Of a stretch of DNA of 64,000 bases, positions 57,869-64,000 are shown one piece after another; position 1 is the first letter of the stretch; each line of letters opens with the position of its first letter. The notes under the pieces are model-generated. The model saw nothing but the letters and a program-made list of their open reading frames with translations. It had not been told where the DNA came from and ran no database searches. The DNA comes from an uncultured Mycoplasmatota bacterium (GTDB lineage: Bacteria; Bacillota_I; Bacilli_A; RF39; UBA660), in contig URZY01000003.1 in NCBI GenBank assembly GCA_900552495.1, positions 110,627 to 174,626 on the forward strand, in the 5' to 3' direction. The translations under genes were made by a program, and so were the position numbers.

Positions 57869-58876
57869 CTACTTAAATAAATCTAACTTCAATAGTAATT
57901 TTTTCATTCCCTCAACGTCTAATCTTTTCGTATTATGAGAATTATATTCTTCAACCTTGTCTAAATTCTTATCACCATTATTTTCATATTTAGCATAATT
58001 AAGATTTCTATTGTCTGCTGGTATTCTATAGTAATCACCAAGATCTTCAGCACCAACCATTTCTTCTTTAGTAACTAATACTTCATATAGTTTTTCACCA
58101 TGTCTTGAACCAATATGTTTAATTGGTGCTGATGAATTTTTTAATTCTTTTACAGCTTGAGCTAAAACGTCAATTGTTGCTGCTGGAGCTTTTTGAACAA
58201 ATAAATCTCCTTGTGAACCGTTTTCAAACGCATAGATTACCAAATCAACGGCATCTTCTAATGTCATCATAAATCTTGTCATTTCTGGATTGGTTATTGT
58301 AAGTGGTTTACCTTGAGCTATTTGATCACAAAATAATGGGATTACTGAACCACGGGAAGCCATAACATTACCATATCTTGTTCTGCAAATAACAGTTTGA
58401 TCGTCTCTTAAGTTTCTACCTTTAGCAACGGCTACTTTTTCCATTAATGCTTTACTCATTCCCATAGCATTAATTGGATAAGCTGCTTTATCAGTACTTA
58501 AAACTACTACTTTTTTTACATTATGATTTACGGCAGCCTCCAAAACATTATTTGTTCCTAATACATTAGTTTCAACTGCTTGAATTGGAAAGAACTCACA
58601 AGATGGTACTTGTTTTAATGCCGCAGCGTGGAAAATGTAATCTACTCCGTCCATTACATCCTCAATACTTCTATAATCTCTAACGTCACCTATATAAAAT
58701 TTTAATTTGTCATTGTTGTATTTTATTCTCATATCTTCTTGTTTTTTTTCATCTCTTGAAAATATTCTAATTTCTTTTAAACTACTATCTAGAAAACGTT
58801 TTAATACAGCATTTCCAAATGATCCTGTTCCTCCTGTAATTAATAGAACTTTGTCTTTAAATATGTCTTTTTTCAT
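57869..58876 (-). CDS. fnlA: CapE/FnlA/WbjB-type UDP-GlcNAc 4,6-dehydratase/5-epimerase (extended SDR)
   Basis: 335 aa; LITGGTGSFGNAVLKRFL...MGMSKALMEK (YxxxK variant typical of the CapE/FlaA1 clade). Confidence 0.75.
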   Translation of the reverse strand: MKKDIFKDKVLLITGGTGSFGNAVLKRFLDSSLKEIRIFSRDEKKQEDMRIKYNNDKLKFYIGDVRDYRSIEDVMDGVDYIFHAAALKQVPSCEFFPIQAVETNVLGTNNVLEAAVNHNVKKVVVLSTDKAAYPINAMGMSKALMEKVAVAKGRNLRDDQTVICRTRYGNVMASRGSVIPLFCDQIAQGKPLTITNPEMTRFMMTLEDAVDLVIYAFENGSQGDLFVQKAPAATIDVLAQAVKELKNSSAPIKHIGSRHGEKLYEVLVTKEEMVGAEDLGDYYRIPADNRNLNYAKYENNGDKNLDKVEEYNSHNTKRLDVEGMKKLLLKLDLFK

Positions 58877-59039
58877 TATTTTACCTCTTTCCCTTTAAAA
58901 ACTATTATCTTAGTTTTACCTTTATACATTTTGTTGATAATAGACAATTTAATTTTAACACAATAGGTTTTGTTTGTAAAACTTTTGGCTTATATTTCAA
59001 CAAAAAAAGCAAACCTTTTAAAGTTTACTTTTGTCTTTT

Positions 59040-60023
59040 TTATTTTGTAGTTAACTTATGATTAGTTTTCTGCTCTTCTAAATTATCTTGGATGATATAA
59101 CGAGGGCGTTTTTTTGTTTCATAATACATTTTACCAATATATTCCCCTATTATTCCAATACTAATCATTTGAAGTCCTCCTATAAACCATATTGATATTG
59201 ATAAAAAAGTCCAACCGTCAACTGTGTTGCCACCCATTTTTCTAATTAATGAATAAAGCATAATTAAAATACTGACAATTAAGATAATAAAACCACTAAT
59301 ACAAATCAACCGCAAAGGTTTAATACTGAAAGATGTAATGCCCTCCCATGCGAAGTTTAGCATTTTTCTTAACGGGTATTTTGATTTTCCCGCAAAGCGC
59401 TCACCACGGTTGTAATAAACAATTGCTGATTTGTAACCAATAAGTGGGAAAATGCCTCTTAAAAATAGGTTTACTTCATGATACGAGGCTAGATTTTCTA
59501 AAACGCGACGAGAAGTTAAGCGATAATCAGCATGATTATATACTATATCAACACCTAGCAGTTTCATAACTCTATAAAAACATAGTGCTGATGTTTTCTT
59601 AAATAATGAATCTTTTTTTCTAGAATTTCTCACACCATAAACAATTTCATTACCATCTAAGTATTTTGTAATCATTTCATCAATGGCATTTATATCATCC
59701 TGTAAATCAGCATCCATACTAATTACAAAATCAGCTTTTTCTTTAGCAGTCATTAATCCGGCAAGCAAAGCATTTTGATGACCAACATTCCTTGTTAGTG
59801 AAAGGCCTGTAAATAGATCATTTTCACTGCTAATACTTGCTATTAAATCCCAAGTATTGTCTGTTGATCCATCATTTACGTACATAACTTTACTTAGTTT
59901 TGAAATAATATTTTTATTGATTAAATTCTTTAGCTTGAGATTTAATCTCTTTGTTGTTTCGACTAATACCTCTTTTTCATTATAACAAGGTATAACTATA
60001 TAAAGAATGGGTTCCTTTAACAT
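59040..60023 (-). CDS. Polyprenyl-phosphate glycosyltransferase (GT2, GtrB/CsbB/ArnC-like with two C-terminal TM helices)
   Basis: 327 aa; YIVIPCYNEKEVL...DGSTDNTWDLI...DADLQD; two C-terminal TM segments. Confidence 0.7.
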   Translation of the reverse strand: MLKEPILYIVIPCYNEKEVLVETTKRLNLKLKNLINKNIISKLSKVMYVNDGSTDNTWDLIASISSENDLFTGLSLTRNVGHQNALLAGLMTAKEKADFVISMDADLQDDINAIDEMITKYLDGNEIVYGVRNSRKKDSLFKKTSALCFYRVMKLLGVDIVYNHADYRLTSRRVLENLASYHEVNLFLRGIFPLIGYKSAIVYYNRGERFAGKSKYPLRKMLNFAWEGITSFSIKPLRLICISGFIILIVSILIMLYSLIRKMGGNTVDGWTFLSISIWFIGGLQMISIGIIGEYIGKMYYETKKRPRYIIQDNLEEQKTNHKLTTK

Positions 60024-60025
60024 TT

Positions 60026-60970
60026 TTAACCTCTATATAGCTTACAGTAAAGCTTCGATAAGAATTTGTTTTTTTCAATAGTTCTTTTTAGAAGTCCTCT
60101 TTTTTCATAGTACTTATTGTCCTTATAATTTGGAACTTCTTTTTCTAGGTAAGAAAAAGCGGCATCAATAAATTCCATTCCTACTTTTTTGTCAATTTGA
60201 TTTCGTTGCTGGATAGTGTAATTAGTTATGATTCTTACAGTCAATCGGTCGACTACATCTTGCATATAGGCCTTTTTTTGAAAATATTTTCTAATTAAAG
60301 CAACTATTTTTAAGATATCAAAGACCCTTTTATCTCTTACGGTTGTTTCACTGTTCCCGTGAATGACATAATAATTTAAGCTCTTATCTAATTTAGATAT
60401 TTTTTTGGCTTTATCCAAAGCCTCAGCTACAAATGGAGCATCCTCGTATTTTAAGTTCTCTACAAATCTAATCTTATTATCCTTAATCATTGTGGCTTTA
60501 TAAAGTTTGTTCCAGGGAGATAAATTAATATCAATCAAAATATTAGGATTCTCTTTTAATGTTGTTGGTAAAAAACTCGGTAATTTTATTTCTTCGGTTT
60601 GTTTAGAATCATAAACTTTATAAAAATCACAAATAACTAAGTCTGATTTAGTTTCTTGAGCTTTTTTAAATAATTCTTCACAAGCATTTTCTTCGAGATA
60701 GTCGTCACTGTCAATAAATAAGAGATATTCACCGGTTGATTTTTCAATACCAAAGTTTCTGGTTTTACCAATTCCTTGATTTTTGTTTTTAAAATACTTA
60801 ATTCGTTTATCTTTATATTTTGATAAAATATCATGAGTTTTATCTGTCGATCCATCATTAATTAAAATAAACTCTAATTCTTTTTTTGTTTGATTTAAAA
60901 GAGAGTCAACACATTTTTCAATAAATTTTTCGGCATTATAAATGGGAACTATTATACTTATATCTGGCAT
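60026..60970 (-). CDS. GT2 glycosyltransferase
   Basis: 314 aa; ISIIVPIYNAEKFIEKCVDSLLNQT...DSDD. Confidence 0.7.
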   Translation of the reverse strand: MPDISIIVPIYNAEKFIEKCVDSLLNQTKKELEFILINDGSTDKTHDILSKYKDKRIKYFKNKNQGIGKTRNFGIEKSTGEYLLFIDSDDYLEENACEELFKKAQETKSDLVICDFYKVYDSKQTEEIKLPSFLPTTLKENPNILIDINLSPWNKLYKATMIKDNKIRFVENLKYEDAPFVAEALDKAKKISKLDKSLNYYVIHGNSETTVRDKRVFDILKIVALIRKYFQKKAYMQDVVDRLTVRIITNYTIQQRNQIDKKVGMEFIDAAFSYLEKEVPNYKDNKYYEKRGLLKRTIEKNKFLSKLYCKLYRG

Positions 60971-60978
60971 ACTTTCAC

Positions 60979-61905
60979 CTACTTTCCTATGGTCTTATAA
61001 TATATTTTAGGAGAAATTTTTAAAAGAAATTTCTTTATTTTTCTAGGAAGTGTATCAGTCAAGATGTTGTCAAATACTTTTTCTTTTCTTAACTCTTTTT
61101 TATAATACTTATAATCATTGCCTTTTAGAGAGCAAATTTTTAGAATCATACTATTTGAGATAAAACTTTTAAATATCTTACTATCTAAATTTGTTTTATC
61201 TATTTCAGTAATTAAATATTTATAATGCTGATACATATCAGATACTTTTTTCTTTGTTTTAGAATAATCCTTGGTATTCATTGTACTTTCTTCTCTTTGA
61301 AGATAACAATAACCAACATAGCTAATACTATTTACTACCTGGGCTTTTATAATTATTAAAGGGATTAAACCATAATCCTCATGGACCATTCCTTCTTTAA
61401 AAGCAAACTTATTCTTTAAGTAATATTCTTTTTTTATAGCATATGGACAGGCTGCATCAACTATATAATATTTACATATTGCATTAAATGCGGCTACCCC
61501 CGTTAAGCCTTCAAATGCTTTTTCGTTATGTTCTAAAATATTATCACTTTGTTCATAGACTTCTTGCATTTGAAATCTAACAACATCCGGATTATTTCTT
61601 ATTAAACTTCGGTTAATATTTTCTAACAAATCTTTTTTCCAATAGTCATCACTATCTAAAAATATTAAGTATTCTCCTTTTGCTATCTTGACCCCTGCAT
61701 TTCGTGCTGCACTTTGGCCTTGGTTTTTTTGATTAATTATTCGAACATTATACTTATTCACAATATCCATACTGTTATCTTTTGTTCCATCGTTGACAAC
61801 AATTATTTCATAATCTTTAAATGTTTGATTAATGACACTATCAAGACATTTTTGAATGTATTTTTCAACATTGTAGACTGGAATAATAATACTAAACTTC
61901 GGCAT
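60979..61905 (-). CDS. GT2 glycosyltransferase (tandem paralog of 60026..60970)
   Basis: 308 aa; FSIIIPVYNVEKYIQKCLDSVINQT...DSDD. Confidence 0.7.
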   Translation of the reverse strand: MPKFSIIIPVYNVEKYIQKCLDSVINQTFKDYEIIVVNDGTKDNSMDIVNKYNVRIINQKNQGQSAARNAGVKIAKGEYLIFLDSDDYWKKDLLENINRSLIRNNPDVVRFQMQEVYEQSDNILEHNEKAFEGLTGVAAFNAICKYYIVDAACPYAIKKEYYLKNKFAFKEGMVHEDYGLIPLIIIKAQVVNSISYVGYCYLQREESTMNTKDYSKTKKKVSDMYQHYKYLITEIDKTNLDSKIFKSFISNSMILKICSLKGNDYKYYKKELRKEKVFDNILTDTLPRKIKKFLLKISPKIYYKTIGK

Positions 61906-64000
61906 TAAACAACCACCTCATTAAATATTTTTTCTAGACTTTCAAAGCGCTTTCTTTGAATTTCTTTGTAATCTATTTGTTTCATTTTTCCTTTACTTTT
62001 AAGAATTTTTTTAACTTCAGAGACCATCTTTTTTTCGTCCTTCGAAACGATAAAGGCGAAGTCTTTGCCAATATTCATTTGTGAATCACTTACATCAACG
62101 GTACCAATTATTTCTTTATTTAAAATAATTGCTTCTTGATAGATTAGGGCAAAACCTTCATAATCAGATGTTAAAATGACATAGTCAGCTTTAGCTATAT
62201 ATGGATATGGATTTTTTTGCATTCCGAAGAAAGTTATGTTATTTCCTAGGTTATACTTTTTTACTAAATCCTCATACATTTTTCTATCGGGACCATCACC
62301 TACTATCCATAAGGCAAGATTATCAATCTCTTTTACTAGGTTGATAGCACGGGAAACTTTTTTAGAATGATCTTCTAGACGTCCAACAAAAACTAAAAGC
62401 TTCTTTCCACGTGGTTTCTTAGCAGCAATTTTTTCTTGGCTCTTTTTTAGGATAACATCAACTTCAGCAAATGTTGCATAAACTTCACATTTATCTTTCA
62501 AATGTTTATATCGCTTGATAAAATTGGCTTTAGCTTCATTTGTGACAAAAATAATTTTGTGGTAGTCTTCTATTTTACGGGTATTAAAGAATTTGTAAAA
62601 TTCGTTTTCATCTTTATATAACAAAGTATAATCACTGTGGATAAAGAAGGAGGTGTTATTAGAGGCAATCTTGGCCAATTTGTTGCAACTGAAACTATAA
62701 GTGGCATAACAAGAACTGCTATCAAACTTTTTATAATTAAAGATTGTAAAAAGCAATTTTCGACAAAAATTTATAATTTTCCGTAAAATAAGATTTGGAT
62801 TAGTTGATACTTTTACTTCTTTTAAATGCACATTTTTATTTACGTTAGAAAGAAGAATACCTTCTTTTTTCTCTAATACAACTGTAATATTATATTTATG
62901 GTAATCAAACTGATTTAATAAACTAATAAGCGATGTCTCTATTCCTCCCATTTCAAAATTAACGGTTGTAAATAATAAATCTTTTTTTCTTCGCGGCTGG
63001 AGTTCTAATATTAAGAAAATAGCGATAAGACTTACTGCTGGCGAGGTTATAATATGGCCTGTTAAAAGAGCAAGGATAATTATTAAAAAGACACTGACTT
63101 TTAACATGTAATTTTTAAAACTTTTTTGATTTTGGTCTTTCATAATTTGGTAAAGAATTAAACCATAAATTGAGAATATTAATGTAAAACCAATAATTCC
63201 ATGACTATATAAAATATCAAAGTAATCCATTTCGATTAGCTTGGTTGCTTCGCTATTTTCTGTATACCCTATTCCAAAGAGATTTTCATAAAGTGAAGCA
63301 TCAGCATAAAGCAAGGCTTTATTTTCTAGAAAGGTTAATCGCTGACTAAAAATAAAATGATCAATTAAAGACTTATCTTTTATAACATCAACAATGCTAT
63401 CAACTTCTAAATAGTCTAGATGTATTTTAATATTTTTATAAAATGTAGTTTTAGGAATAATTAGAAGTAAACTAGCGAAAGCAAAGATACTAATTAGTAA
63501 TGTATAAATGATTTTTTTATACACTTTTTGACGTAACCAAATTACTAAATAATAAAGAATGGCTAGACTAGCGGTTATTAGTAGTGATAACAATGGTGTT
63601 TTAGTACCAATTGAAAGGATTACAATTAGGTAGATTAAAATAAATGAAATTTTTAAAACTTTATTTTTTAATTCTTTAACAATGATAAACATAAGTGGCG
63701 TAAGTAACGAAATGATGGCACTTATCTCATTTGCAGCATTAAAGAAACCAAGATTACCAGATTTGGCAATTTCATAACTTTCAAAGCCTATTCCTAGCAT
63801 GTTTGGAATAAGTATTAATAATAGGTATATCAAAAGAGTCGCAAATAAGGTCATAATACTTATCCTAAATTCTTCTCGTAAATTATAAAGAGATAATAAA
63901 ATTACTGGGAAATAAAGTACTTTTAAAAGACCTTGAAGTTCAGTAAAAAGACCGCCATTTTTATAAAAAACTATACCCACCAGATATAAAATACTATAAG
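61905..64000 (-). CDS. Fusion protein with N-terminal O-antigen ligase/polymerase-like (Wzy_C-type) polytopic membrane domain and C-terminal GT4 glycosyltransferase; 5' end lies beyond the window
   Basis: More than 690 aa in window; ~10 TM N-terminal half, then LLVFVGRLEDHSK...EGFALIYQEAIILNKEIIG GT4 signature; ORF is still open at position 63980. Confidence 0.55.
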   Translation of the reverse strand, partial: YSILYLVGIVFYKNGGLFTELQGLLKVLYFPVILLSLYNLREEFRISIMTLFATLLIYLLLILIPNMLGIGFESYEIAKSGNLGFFNAANEISAIISLLTPLMFIIVKELKNKVLKISFILIYLIVILSIGTKTPLLSLLITASLAILYYLVIWLRQKVYKKIIYTLLISIFAFASLLLIIPKTTFYKNIKIHLDYLEVDSIVDVIKDKSLIDHFIFSQRLTFLENKALLYADASLYENLFGIGYTENSEATKLIEMDYFDILYSHGIIGFTLIFSIYGLILYQIMKDQNQKSFKNYMLKVSVFLIIILALLTGHIITSPAVSLIAIFLILELQPRRKKDLLFTTVNFEMGGIETSLISLLNQFDYHKYNITVVLEKKEGILLSNVNKNVHLKEVKVSTNPNLILRKIINFCRKLLFTIFNYKKFDSSSCYATYSFSCNKLAKIASNNTSFFIHSDYTLLYKDENEFYKFFNTRKIEDYHKIIFVTNEAKANFIKRYKHLKDKCEVYATFAEVDVILKKSQEKIAAKKPRGKKLLVFVGRLEDHSKKVSRAINLVKEIDNLALWIVGDGPDRKMYEDLVKKYNLGNNITFFGMQKNPYPYIAKADYVILTSDYEGFALIYQEAIILNKEIIGTVDVSDSQMNIGKDFAFIVSKDEKKMVSEVKKILKSKGKMKQIDYKEIQRKRFESLEKIFNEVVV

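Noticed and set aside
1-64000. CRISPR arrays, tRNA/rRNA genes, IS elements, integrases, prophage modules
   Set aside because: No regularly spaced direct repeats, no GC-rich cloverleaf-sized intergenic blocks, no transposase/integrase/terminase-like ORFs detected by reading the translations

Overview
AT-rich chromosomal segment from a low-GC Gram-positive bacterium (Bacillota-like). Coding is dense and mostly on the minus strand. No integrase, transposase, tRNA, rRNA or CRISPR array is visible. From the start of the window: (1) an LnrLMN-like ABC-2 exporter with one ATPase and two large-ectodomain permeases; (2) a MATE efflux gene fused to a cytidylate-kinase-like domain, preceded by a structured leader; (3) a CdnL/CarD-like RNAP-binding regulator co-operonic with a small RpoA-alphaCTD-like protein; (4) a LemA/DUF2207 pair; (5) an AraC-GyrI regulator followed by what I think is the most interesting locus, a HerA/FtsK-like P-loop ATPase translationally coupled to a cysteine-rich repeat protein, convergent with a WYL-domain regulator and a SIS-like unknown; (6) a BceAB-like four-gene ABC-TCS operon with response-regulator-type direct repeats at its promoter; (7) PRPP-synthetase-like, APH-like kinase and adhE; (8) housekeeping and small unknowns (two adjacent HExxH proteins, YbaK/ProX, DUF21-CBS, YiiX-like, trkA-trkH, an M16 peptidase pair, NrtR-like Nudix regulator, ASCH, YlmH-like S4 protein); (9) HTH-XRE/DUF4097 pair, a membrane-anchored GH25 muramidase, and a cadC-cadA metal efflux module with a textbook operator; (10) a TSCPD mini-protein overlapping a FemAB-family gene, then DagK; (11) a large cell-wall polysaccharide locus (Wzm/Wzt ABC exporter, acyltransferase-3, multiple GT2/GT4, UDP-L-FucNAc genes fnlABC/capEFG, GtrB-like, and a fused Wzy-like-GT4 gene running off the window end). 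All calls rest on reading the ORF translations for family-specific motifs and reading intergenic DNA for promoters and hairpins. No database search was possible.
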